From: Actinomycetota bacterium
GTDB lineage: Bacteria > Actinomycetota > Acidimicrobiia > IMCC26256 > PALSA-555
Length of the DNA: 34,584 nt
Direction of reading: 5' to 3'
Assembly (NCBI GenBank): GCA_046086425.1
Contig: JBJSXO010000355.1
Coordinates: 1-34,584, forward strand
Shown here: piece by piece, positions 9,628-18,061 of the stretch
Layout: each line of letters starts with the position of its first letter
How positions within the stretch are numbered: the first letter of the stretch is position 1
Notes under the pieces: model-generated
What the model was told of the DNA's origin: nothing
The model's input: the letters and a program-made list of their open reading frames with translations, nothing else
The model's database searches: none
Made by a program: the position numbers and the translations under genes

Positions 9628-11049
9628 GTGCGCTCCCTCTGGATCCTCGCCGTCGACCCGGTCCCCTGGGCCCGGGCCCAGATGGCGTTCACGCTCGCCA
9701 CCCACATCGTCCTGGTGCCGCTCGGCGTGGCCTGGGCCTTCATGGCCCTCGTGGCCAACTACAAGGGCATCAAGCACGACGACCCCGACGCCCTCCGGCT
9801 CGCCCAGCGCTGGTCGAAGTACATGGCGGTCACCTTTGCGGTGGGGGCCGTGACCGGGACCGTCCTCAGCTTCGAGTTCGGCCTGCTCTGGCCCAACTTC
9901 ATGAACCGGTTCGGGGCCGCGTTCGGCATCCCGTTCGCAGTCGAGGGCCTCTTCTTCTTCACCGAGGCGATCTTCCTCGCCATCTACATCTACGGGTGGA
10001 AGCGGCTGCGGCCCTGGCCTCACTTCTGGACCGGCGTCCCCATCGTGATCGCCGGCATCGGCGGCACCGTCGCGGTGGTCTCGGCCAACGCCTGGATGAA
10101 CGAGCCGGGCGGGTTCACACTGAACGACGCGGGCCGGGTCGTAGACGTGGACCCACTCGCGGTGATCTTCAACAAGGCGATGCCGCTGCAGTCCCTGCAC
10201 ATGCTCATCGCCGCGTACATGGTGGGCGGGTTCCTGATCGCGTCGGTGTACGCAGTCTCGCTCCTGCGCGGTAAGCGCGACCGCTACCACCGCCTCGGCT
10301 TCCTCATCCCGTTCACGATCGCCGCGATCGCCACGCCGGTGCAGATGTTCGTGGGCGACGAGCTTGCGCGATGGGTCTACAACAACGAGCCGATCAAGTT
10401 TGCGGCGATCGAGCTCGTCCCCAAGACGAGCACCGACGTGCCCGAGACGCTGCTCGGCCGCCTCGACCGCGACGGCAACGTGGTGGGCGGGATCCCCATC
10501 CCGGGCTTCGCGTCGATCCTGTCCGACCCGTCCGAGGGCACCGCCACCGAGATCCAGGGTCTCGACGCGTTCCCCGAGGAGGATCGGCCCACGATCCGTG
10601 AGGTCAACACGGTGCACCTCGCGTGGGACGTGATGATCGGCCTCGGCACTGCGTTGCTCCTGCTCGCCGCGTGGTTCGGCGTCGTCTGGTGGCGTCGACG
10701 CGACCTCCCCAAGACCCGCTGGTTCCTTCGTGCCGCTGCGGTGGCCGGGGTCGGCGCACTCCTCGCGATGGAGGCGGGCTGGGTGGTGACCGAGGTGGGT
10801 CGCCAGCCCTGGATCGTCTTCGACTACATGAAGGTCTCCCAAGCCGCGACCGAGAACACCGGCGTATGGCTGACGTTCCTCGTGATCGCCGCCGTATACG
10901 CGGTGGTCGCGGTCACCCTGGTGCTCGTCCTGCGCCTCATGGCCCGGCGCTTTGCGGCCGCCGACGAGCACGAGCACGAGGGCGGCCCGTACGCGCCCCC
11001 AGAGCCCCCCGACCGGATGCCCGCACGCGAGGAGGTGGGCGCCCGGTGA
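9628..11049 (+). CDS. cydA: Cytochrome bd ubiquinol oxidase subunit I
   Basis: ARAQMAFTLATHI, FAVGAVTGTVLSFEFG, EGLFFFTEAIF, LHMLIAAY and GWVVTEVGRQPW. Start uncertain (GTG 9628 or ATG 9610). Confidence 0.93.
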   Translation: MRSLWILAVDPVPWARAQMAFTLATHIVLVPLGVAWAFMALVANYKGIKHDDPDALRLAQRWSKYMAVTFAVGAVTGTVLSFEFGLLWPNFMNRFGAAFGIPFAVEGLFFFTEAIFLAIYIYGWKRLRPWPHFWTGVPIVIAGIGGTVAVVSANAWMNEPGGFTLNDAGRVVDVDPLAVIFNKAMPLQSLHMLIAAYMVGGFLIASVYAVSLLRGKRDRYHRLGFLIPFTIAAIATPVQMFVGDELARWVYNNEPIKFAAIELVPKTSTDVPETLLGRLDRDGNVVGGIPIPGFASILSDPSEGTATEIQGLDAFPEEDRPTIREVNTVHLAWDVMIGLGTALLLLAAWFGVVWWRRRDLPKTRWFLRAAAVAGVGALLAMEAGWVVTEVGRQPWIVFDYMKVSQAATENTGVWLTFLVIAAVYAVVAVTLVLVLRLMARRFAAADEHEHEGGPYAPPEPPDRMPAREEVGAR

Positions 11050-12083
11050 GCGAGGCGGTCGCCGTCGTGCTGTTCCTGGGGATCACCGCGTACGCAGTGT
11101 TCGGCGGTGCCGACTTCGGGGCGGGGTTCTGGGACCTCGTCGCCGGGGGCGCGACGCGCGGCGCACGGCCCCGATCGGTGGTCAACCACGCGATCGGACC
11201 GGTGTGGGAGGCGAACCACGTGTGGCTGATCTTCGTGCTCGTGGTGTTGTGGACGGCGTTCTCCGAGGCGTTCGCGTCGATCATGCTCACGCTGTTCGTC
11301 CCCCTGTCGATCGCCGCGCTCGGGATCGTCCTGCGCGGCTCGAGCTTCGCGTTCCGAAAGGAGGTCACCCGGGTCTCGTCGCAGCGCAACTTCGGCGTCG
11401 CGTTCGCGACCTCATCGGTGCTGGTCCCGTTCTGCTTCGGCGCGGTGGCCGGGGCGATCGCCTCGGGCCGGGTCCCCGCCGGGGGCGTCGCCGGTGACAC
11501 CTGGGCGAGCTGGCTCAGCCCCACGGCGATCCTCGGAGGCGTCCTCGCCGTGGTCGTCTGTGCCTACCTCGCGGCCGTCTACCTGGTGTGGGACGCGCAC
11601 CGCTTCGCCGGACCCGACATGGAGGAGTACTTCCGCCGGCGGGCCCTGCTGACGGCCGGGGCCGCCGGGCTCGTCGCCGTCGTCGGCATCTTCGTGCTGC
11701 GCGCCGACGCCGAGTACGTGTTCGGCCGGCTCACCGGCGTCGCGCTGCCGCTGGTGATCCTCTCCGGGCTCTGCGGACTCGGCTCGATCGCGCTGCTGGT
11801 GCGCCGGAGCCACCGCCTCGCGCGATTGCTCGCCGTGGGCGCCGTCGCGAGCGTGATCTGGGCGTGGGGCGTGGCCCAGTGGCCTTACCTGCTGCCCGAG
11901 ACGATGAAGGTCGCCGCGAGCGCGGCTCCCGACGCGACCCTTGCGGCGGTGCTCGTGGTGTTCGTGCTCGCCGCGCTGATCATCGCGCCTTCGCTCGGGC
12001 TCCTCTACTACCTCGACCAGCACAGCCTGCTCGCCGCCGACGGCGCCGAACCCGGCGGCGGCCTGCCCCCGAGCACTCCCTGA
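11046..12083 (+). CDS. cydB: Cytochrome bd ubiquinol oxidase subunit II
   Basis: GTGA overlap with cydA; GGADFGAGFW and IGPVWEANHVWLIF; multi-TM. Confidence 0.92.
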   Translation: MSEAVAVVLFLGITAYAVFGGADFGAGFWDLVAGGATRGARPRSVVNHAIGPVWEANHVWLIFVLVVLWTAFSEAFASIMLTLFVPLSIAALGIVLRGSSFAFRKEVTRVSSQRNFGVAFATSSVLVPFCFGAVAGAIASGRVPAGGVAGDTWASWLSPTAILGGVLAVVVCAYLAAVYLVWDAHRFAGPDMEEYFRRRALLTAGAAGLVAVVGIFVLRADAEYVFGRLTGVALPLVILSGLCGLGSIALLVRRSHRLARLLAVGAVASVIWAWGVAQWPYLLPETMKVAASAAPDATLAAVLVVFVLAALIIAPSLGLLYYLDQHSLLAADGAEPGGGLPPSTP

Positions 12084-12188
12084 GAGCCCCTCAGCCGGTG
12101 CCGCCCCACCGGGAACCCACCGCCGCCACGGGGTCGTTCCCGTCCCGTGACCACGAATCCCCGAAGGCGGAGGCGCATCCGGCGCCGG

Positions 12189-13490
12189 ATGCGGCGGGCC
12201 ACCGCCCTGACCCTGGCCCTGGCCCTCTCCGCCGCCGCCCTGCTCGTCCTCCCGGCCGGCGCGGCGTCGGGCGACCACTACACGGCCGACGCCGACGAGT
12301 CGCTCGCCGACATCCAGGCCTTCTGGGCCGAGGCGCTACCTGCGACCTACGGGCGCACGTACCGACCGATCCCGACCACCCGCGTGCACCCCTACTCGTC
12401 GGACGACCCGCCTCCGGGATGCGGGACGAACCGGCCCACTCCGTACCGGGAGGTCGCGGGCAACGCCTTCTACTGCACCGAGGGCGACTCCATCGCCTAT
12501 GACGTCGAGCGCCTCGTCCCGGCACTGCGGGAGCGGTACGGCGACGTGGCCGTGGGCCTCGTGCTCGCCCACGAGATGGGCCACGCGGTCCAGGCTCGCG
12601 TCGGTGCGCCCGACGACGCGTTCGTGACGATCGAGCTCCAGGCCGACTGCTTCGCCGGCGCATGGGCCGCGCACGTCGCCGCGGGCGGCAGCGACCTCCG
12701 CCTCTCCGAGGACGACATCGACCGCGCGATGGCGGGGTTCCTCGACCTGCGCGACCCGTCGGGAACCGACGGTCGCACCGACGGGGCCCACGGCAACGCG
12801 TTCGATCGTGTGAGCGCGTTCCAGGACGGCCTCACCGACGGCGCCACTGCGTGCCGGGGCTACGAGCAACGCCCACCTGAGGTCACCGAGTCGCCCTTCG
12901 TCTCCGCACGGGACCAGGCCGTCAACGGCGACCCGCCACTCGACGAGTCGCTGCCCCTGCTCACCAAGAGCCTCGACGCCTTCTGGTCGGCCACCGCCAA
13001 GCGCTACGCAGACGCGCCCGAGTTGGTGGCCGCGCCGTCGGGCGTCTCGTGCCCCCGCGGGTCAGACGGCGGCGTGCTCAGCGACTCCGTGATCTACTGC
13101 GCGGCCACCCACCGCATCGTGTACCGGCCCCGGGCCCTCCAGCAGGCGTCCGACGAGATCGGCGACATGGGCGCTGGTGTGTTCGTGGCCGCAGCGTGGG
13201 CGTCGGCGGTCCAGCACGCGGTGGGGTACCCGATCGGGACCGGACGGGCGCGTGCGGTCTCCGACTGTCTCACCGGCGGCTGGGCCGGGGCGGTCGAGCG
13301 GGGCACCGCCGCGCCGGCGGGCACCCGGGGCGCGATCACCTTCTCGCCCGGTGACCTCGACGAGATCGTCGCGGCCTTCGTGGCGACCGACAAGACGCCG
13401 TCGGCCGTCGACCGCGGCTCGGTGTTCGACCGGATGCGGGAGTTCCGCCGCGGCTTCGACGGCGGTCCGTCCGCCTGTGTCAGCGCCTGA
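12189..13490 (+). CDS. Secreted neutral zinc metallopeptidase (YpfJ/LpqM-like)
   Basis: Signal peptide MRRATALTLALALSAAALLVLPAGAA; NAFYC, HEMGHAVQ (HExxH), ELQADCFAG and AHG. A degenerate second repeat lacks HExxH. Alternative start at 12147. Confidence 0.85.
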   Translation: MRRATALTLALALSAAALLVLPAGAASGDHYTADADESLADIQAFWAEALPATYGRTYRPIPTTRVHPYSSDDPPPGCGTNRPTPYREVAGNAFYCTEGDSIAYDVERLVPALRERYGDVAVGLVLAHEMGHAVQARVGAPDDAFVTIELQADCFAGAWAAHVAAGGSDLRLSEDDIDRAMAGFLDLRDPSGTDGRTDGAHGNAFDRVSAFQDGLTDGATACRGYEQRPPEVTESPFVSARDQAVNGDPPLDESLPLLTKSLDAFWSATAKRYADAPELVAAPSGVSCPRGSDGGVLSDSVIYCAATHRIVYRPRALQQASDEIGDMGAGVFVAAAWASAVQHAVGYPIGTGRARAVSDCLTGGWAGAVERGTAAPAGTRGAITFSPGDLDEIVAAFVATDKTPSAVDRGSVFDRMREFRRGFDGGPSACVSA

Positions 13491-13638
13491 CCGGCTCCGA
13501 GGGCCGGCCGAGCCATCGGTGCGCGACGCCCTCGGCGCGGTGACCCACGGGCCGTGAGAATACGATGCCGGGGGCCAGTGCGGGCCGCCACGCCGTGACA
13601 CCGCACCGGCACCGTCCCGACCGACCCCCGGGGAGCCG

Positions 13639-14418
13639 ATGACCGACGACCGCTTCTCTCTCGACGGTCGGGTCGCCATCGTCACCGGGGGCGGGACCGG
13701 GATCGGCCGGGCCACCGCCGGGGTTCTCGCGCAGCACGGGGCCCACGTGGTGCTCGCCGCGCGCCGGGAGTCGCTGCTGGAACGCACCGCCGGTGAGATC
13801 GAGGCCCGGGGGCGCCGCGCCCTCGTCGTTCCGACCGACGTGACCGACCCGGCCCGGTGCGAGGACCTCGTGGACGCCGCGGTCCGGGCCTTCGGCCGGC
13901 TCGACGTGCTCGTCAACAACGCCGGGGGGGCGCTCAAGAAGCCGCCCGAGGACTGGACCGTGCGCGACTGGCACCAGGTCGTCGACCTCAACCTCGCCAG
14001 CGTCTGGTTCCTCGCCCGTCCCGCGGCGCGGGCGATGATCGCCGGGGGCGCCGGGGCGATCGTGAACATCTCGTCGGGCGCGAGCTTCCTCGCGCTCCCG
14101 GACGTCGCACCGTACGGCGCGGCCAAGGCCGGGATGAACAGCCTCACCCGATCGCTCGCCGCCGCGTGGACACCACACGGCGTGCGGGTCAACGCCGTGG
14201 CGTGCGGCGCCGTGCGCACCGAGGGTTACGGCACTTCGACGGCGCGCGAGGGCGTCCCCGACGACACCGTCCTCGGACCGGGCAACGCGATGGACCGGGT
14301 CGGCGAGCCCGACGAGATCGCCCACGCAGTGCTGTTCTTCGCGTCGGACGCGTCGAGCTACTGCTCGGGTCAGACGCTGTGGGTCAACGGTGGTCCCAAG
14401 GCCCCTACCCTCGTCTGA
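13639..14418 (+). CDS. Short-chain dehydrogenase/reductase (SDR)
   Basis: TGGGTGIG, LVNNAG, YGAAK, VRVNAVACG and SGQTLWVNGG. Confidence 0.93.
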   Translation: MTDDRFSLDGRVAIVTGGGTGIGRATAGVLAQHGAHVVLAARRESLLERTAGEIEARGRRALVVPTDVTDPARCEDLVDAAVRAFGRLDVLVNNAGGALKKPPEDWTVRDWHQVVDLNLASVWFLARPAARAMIAGGAGAIVNISSGASFLALPDVAPYGAAKAGMNSLTRSLAAAWTPHGVRVNAVACGAVRTEGYGTSTAREGVPDDTVLGPGNAMDRVGEPDEIAHAVLFFASDASSYCSGQTLWVNGGPKAPTLV

Positions 14419-14450
14419 CCTTCCGGCACGCGTCTGGTAGGAAGACCGGC

Positions 14451-15596
14451 ATGAGCGACCAGCCGATGCGCGACTTCGCGGCCAACGCGCCGATGCCCGA
14501 GATGGGCGAGACGCCGTTCACGCCTCTCACCAAGGCCCTCTCGGAGTGCCGCGTCGCGATCGTCACCACCGCTGCGCTGCACACGCCCGACGCGGAGGGC
14601 TTCACGCCCGACGACGTGTCGTTTCGCGTGCTGCCCGCCGACCGGCGTGATCTCGTCCTCGGGCACTGGAGCCCGAACTTCGACCGTTCCGGCTTCGTCG
14701 CCGATCTCGACGTGGTGTACCCGATCGACCGGCTCGACGAGCTCGCGGCCGACGGAACCATCGGGAGCGTGGCCGCCCACCACTACTCCTTCGCAGGAAA
14801 CCAGGAGGACACGCTCGCCGGGATCCGCCTCGACACCGGACCGGCCGTGGCTCGCCGCCTGCGCGACGAGGACGTCGACGTCGTCCTGCTCACGCCCGTC
14901 TGACCGCTCTGCTCGCGCACCGTGTGTGTGCTCGCTCGCGTGCTCGAGGCGCATGGCCTCGCCACCATTGCGCTGATCTCGGTCCGCGGCGTCGCCGAGC
15001 GGCTCCCACCGCCGCGGGGCCTGTACTGCGAGTTCCCGCTGGGGCGGCCGTTGGGGCGGCCCGACGACCCCGAGTTCCAGCGGGCCGTGCTCCGGCGGGC
15101 CTTCGCCCTGCTGGAGCGCCACGACGGCCCGGTCCTCGAGGACTACCCGGTCGTGATCACATCGGACACGAGCGCGCTCGCGTGCCCGATGCCACCGCGC
15201 TTCGACGCGAACGTCCCCGAGGCCGTGGACGAGGCCCGGGGGCTACGCGCCGCGTACGACCGCACGCTCGCCCGCCGGGGCGTCACCTCCATCGGCCGCG
15301 TGCTCGACGCCGACCAGGTGCCCGACGCACTCGGGGTCCTTGCTGCGATCGCCGAGGGCGCCGACTGGAAGGACGCCGGCTTCGTCGGGGACCCCGTGCA
15401 GACCTGTCACGACATCCGCACCTACTACGAGGAGGCGGCTGCCGCGCTCGTGGACACGGTCCCGGCCGGGCAGGGGGAGTCGTGGTTCTACGAGCAGACC
15501 GCGGCCGGCCACACGATGCTCGCCGCACGCGCGCGCATGCGCGAGCAGGGCGCGCCGGTGATGATCTGGCTCTACATGGCCCGCGCCACCCGCTGA
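14451..15596 (+). CDS. Selenoprotein B-like protein (glycine/betaine/sarcosine/D-proline reductase selenoprotein B, PrdB/GrdB-like) with in-frame UGA (Sec151); 381 aa
   Basis: ATG 14451, TGA 14901-14903 and the downstream ORF 14922-15596 share one frame. Read-through gives DVVLLTPV-U-PLCSRTVCVLARVLEAHGLAT (UxxC). PrdB-like RVAIVTTAALH, DLDVVYPIDRLDELAADGTIG and FPLGRPLGRPDDPEFQRAVL motifs flank the UGA. Confidence 0.85.
14901..14931 (+). promoter_or_regulatory. Putative bacterial SECIS element
   Basis: Stem GCGCAC (14915-14920) pairs with GUGUGC (14926-14931). Loop CGUGU starts 18 nt after the UGA, with G at loop position 2. Folded by eye only. Confidence 0.55.
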
Positions 15597-15653
15597 ACCG
15601 GGCGGGCCCGGCCGAGTAGCGGCACTACCGGCGGGGCGACTTCACTCACAGCG

Positions 15654-16871
15654 ATGGACTTCGACGAGACCCCCGAGGAGATGGCGTTCCGCAGGGAATG
15701 CCGGGCCTTCCTGGAAGCCCACGCGCCCGCCCACGCCGACGACTCCGCCCCGGTCTCGGTCTACATCCGCGACCCGGCCGAGGAGCGCCGTCACCTGGCG
15801 CGTGCCCAGGCCTGGCGGGCCGAGAAGTACGACCACACCTGGGCCGGGATCACCTGGCCGGCCGAGTACGGCGGGCGGGGCGGCACACCCGGCCAGGACG
15901 CCATCTTCCGCAGCGAGGAGGCCCGGTTCCTCAGCACCGGCGGCGTGTTCGCGGTCGGCATCGGGATGGCCGGCCCGACGATCATCGCCCACGGCACCGA
16001 CGCGCAGAAGCAGCGCTTCCTGAAGCCGATGCTGCGCGGGGAGGAGGTCTGGTGCCAGCTGTTCTCGGAGCCCAACGCCGGCAGTGACCTCGGTGGCCTG
16101 TCCACGAGCGCGGCACGAGACGGTGACGAGTGGGTCGTGAACGGACAGAAGGTCTGGAACTCGGGTGCGCACTACTCCGACTGGGGCATCCTGCTGGCGC
16201 GCACCAACCTGGACGCCCCGAAGCACCGCGGCATCACCTACTTCCTCGTCGACATGCACTCGCCCGGCATCGAGGTGCGTCCGCTCCGGCAGATCACCGG
16301 GGCAGCCCACTTCAACGAGGTGTTCCTCGACGACGTGCGCATCCCCCACGCGCACGTGCTCGGGGAGGTCGACGGCGGCTGGGGCCCGATGATGACCACG
16401 CTCGCCACCGAGCGCACGCTGATCGGGAGCTCCCCGCGGAACGCGTTCCCGGCGACGATCGCGCTCGCCCGTCGGATGGGCGTGGCCGACGACCCCGTGA
16501 TGCGCCAGCGGCTGGCCCAGAGCTACACCCGCACCCGGATCCTCGAGTACCTCGGCTACCGCGTGCGGACGGCGGCCACCAAGGGCATCGCGCCGGGACC
16601 GGAGAGCTCGGTGATCAAGCTGTTCCTGTCGCAGCACCTGTCGCTCGAATCCGACATGCTCCTCGCGATGCTCGGGCCCCACGCCACGCTCTGGGACGCC
16701 GACGCGCCCGACGACGGGCGCGGGCAGATGGACTTCCTCGGCCAGTGGAACCCGAAGATCGGCGGGGGCACCGACCAGATCCAGCGCAACACGATCGGCG
16801 AGAAGGTCCTCGGCCTCCCGTCCGAGCCGCGGGTCGACAAGGGCATCCCGTTCCGCGAGATCCCGCGGTGA
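15654..16871 (+). CDS. Acyl-CoA dehydrogenase (FadE-like)
   Basis: WPAEYGGRG, WCQLFSEPNAGSDL, VNGQKVWNS, FNEVFLDDV and IGGGTDQIQRNTIGEKVLGLP. Confidence 0.95.
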   Translation: MDFDETPEEMAFRRECRAFLEAHAPAHADDSAPVSVYIRDPAEERRHLARAQAWRAEKYDHTWAGITWPAEYGGRGGTPGQDAIFRSEEARFLSTGGVFAVGIGMAGPTIIAHGTDAQKQRFLKPMLRGEEVWCQLFSEPNAGSDLGGLSTSAARDGDEWVVNGQKVWNSGAHYSDWGILLARTNLDAPKHRGITYFLVDMHSPGIEVRPLRQITGAAHFNEVFLDDVRIPHAHVLGEVDGGWGPMMTTLATERTLIGSSPRNAFPATIALARRMGVADDPVMRQRLAQSYTRTRILEYLGYRVRTAATKGIAPGPESSVIKLFLSQHLSLESDMLLAMLGPHATLWDADAPDDGRGQMDFLGQWNPKIGGGTDQIQRNTIGEKVLGLPSEPRVDKGIPFREIPR

Positions 16872-18061
16872 CCAGCGGTCACGACGGCGTCCGGGTCGCG
16901 GTGGGCCTGACCCGGCGGGCCGGCGGGCGGGTGCGGCGGACCGCCACGGTGACCTCACCGGCGCTGGGCGCCCCGGACCTGTGGGTCGAGGTCGACGAGG
17001 CCCACGCCGCCGAGGTCACGGACCGGGCCGACCCGTTCCTGCTCCTCACGCTCACACTGGCCATGCGGGAGGGCCGGGACCTCACGGTCACCGGGGCCCC
17101 GGTCGACGGGGAGCTGCTGCGCCGCCTGGTCGAGTTCCAGCGCATCTGGCACGCCTGGTTCGACCTGACGCCGGTGGAGGTCCACGCCGAGGCGAGCACC
17201 ACCCGCGGCGACCGCGACGCTGCGGTCGTCGCGTTCTCGGGGGGCGCGGACTCTGCGTTCAGCGCGTGGTCCCACACGGGCGGTCGCGGCCGGCAACCGC
17301 TACGGGGCGCGATGATGATCCACGGGATGGACGTCCCACTGTCGGACCCCGAGGGCTTCGCCCGGGCGATGGGCCGCGCTCGCCGGATGACCGACAGCCT
17401 GGACCTCGACCTCACCGTGGTGTCCACCAACGCGTGGACGCTGCCCGTGCCGATCAGGCAGTACACGGGGATGGGGGTGGCCGCGGCCCTCCACGTCCTC
17501 GGGGGCCGCTACGGGGCGGGCCTGATCCCCTCCACCGCGACCTACCGCGGTCTCGTCGTGCCGCTCAACAGCAGCCCGGTCAGCGACTGGCTGCTCGGGG
17601 GTGACGGATTCGCCATCGTCCACGACGGCGCGGCCGCGAACCGGTTCGAGAAGCTCACGGCCCTCTGCGCCTGGCCCGAGGCCATGGAGTCCCTCCGCGT
17701 CTGCCTCGTCGACCCGCGCCACGACCGCAACTGCGGCACCTGCCACAAGTGCATGATGACCCTCGCCGCCTTCCGGGTGCTCGGCGTCGACGCGCCGTGC
17801 TTCGACGCCGTGCCCTCGGCTGCGCAGTTCACCGACTGGGCCCGGCGCTGGCCGAGTGGCCGGTACCACCGGCAGGAGGGCCTGGTGCTGGTCGACGCGG
17901 CCCGGGAGCGCGGGGTGGACGAGCCCTGGGTGCGGGCGTTGCGCAACCGGATCCGGGTCGCGCAGCTCAAGGACGGCGTGCGCGCCGCGTGGCCCGGTCT
18001 GGCCGACGGCGTCGCGTCGGCCCATCGGCGGGTGCGGGCAATGGGCTCCCCCCGGGGCTGA
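16868..18061 (+). CDS. QueC-like PP-loop (adenine nucleotide alpha-hydrolase) protein with Cys-rich Zn site
   Basis: GTGA overlap with the ACAD stop; FSGGADS PP-loop; LRVC-x8-CGTCHKC; 397 aa with an N-terminal extension not present in canonical QueC. Confidence 0.75.
   Translation: MTSGHDGVRVAVGLTRRAGGRVRRTATVTSPALGAPDLWVEVDEAHAAEVTDRADPFLLLTLTLAMREGRDLTVTGAPVDGELLRRLVEFQRIWHAWFDLTPVEVHAEASTTRGDRDAAVVAFSGGADSAFSAWSHTGGRGRQPLRGAMMIHGMDVPLSDPEGFARAMGRARRMTDSLDLDLTVVSTNAWTLPVPIRQYTGMGVAAALHVLGGRYGAGLIPSTATYRGLVVPLNSSPVSDWLLGGDGFAIVHDGAAANRFEKLTALCAWPEAMESLRVCLVDPRHDRNCGTCHKCMMTLAAFRVLGVDAPCFDAVPSAAQFTDWARRWPSGRYHRQEGLVLVDAARERGVDEPWVRALRNRIRVAQLKDGVRAAWPGLADGVASAHRRVRAMGSPRG

Noticed and set aside
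14451-15596. Pseudogene or two separate genes
   Set aside because: The single UGA falls exactly at the family's catalytic Sec/Cys site, both halves are intact and in frame, and a SECIS-like hairpin follows.
16868-18061. True queC, or a QatC/Dpd-type defence gene
   Set aside because: Length and context do not fit; there are no queuosine, TatD/ATPase or dpd partner genes in the window.
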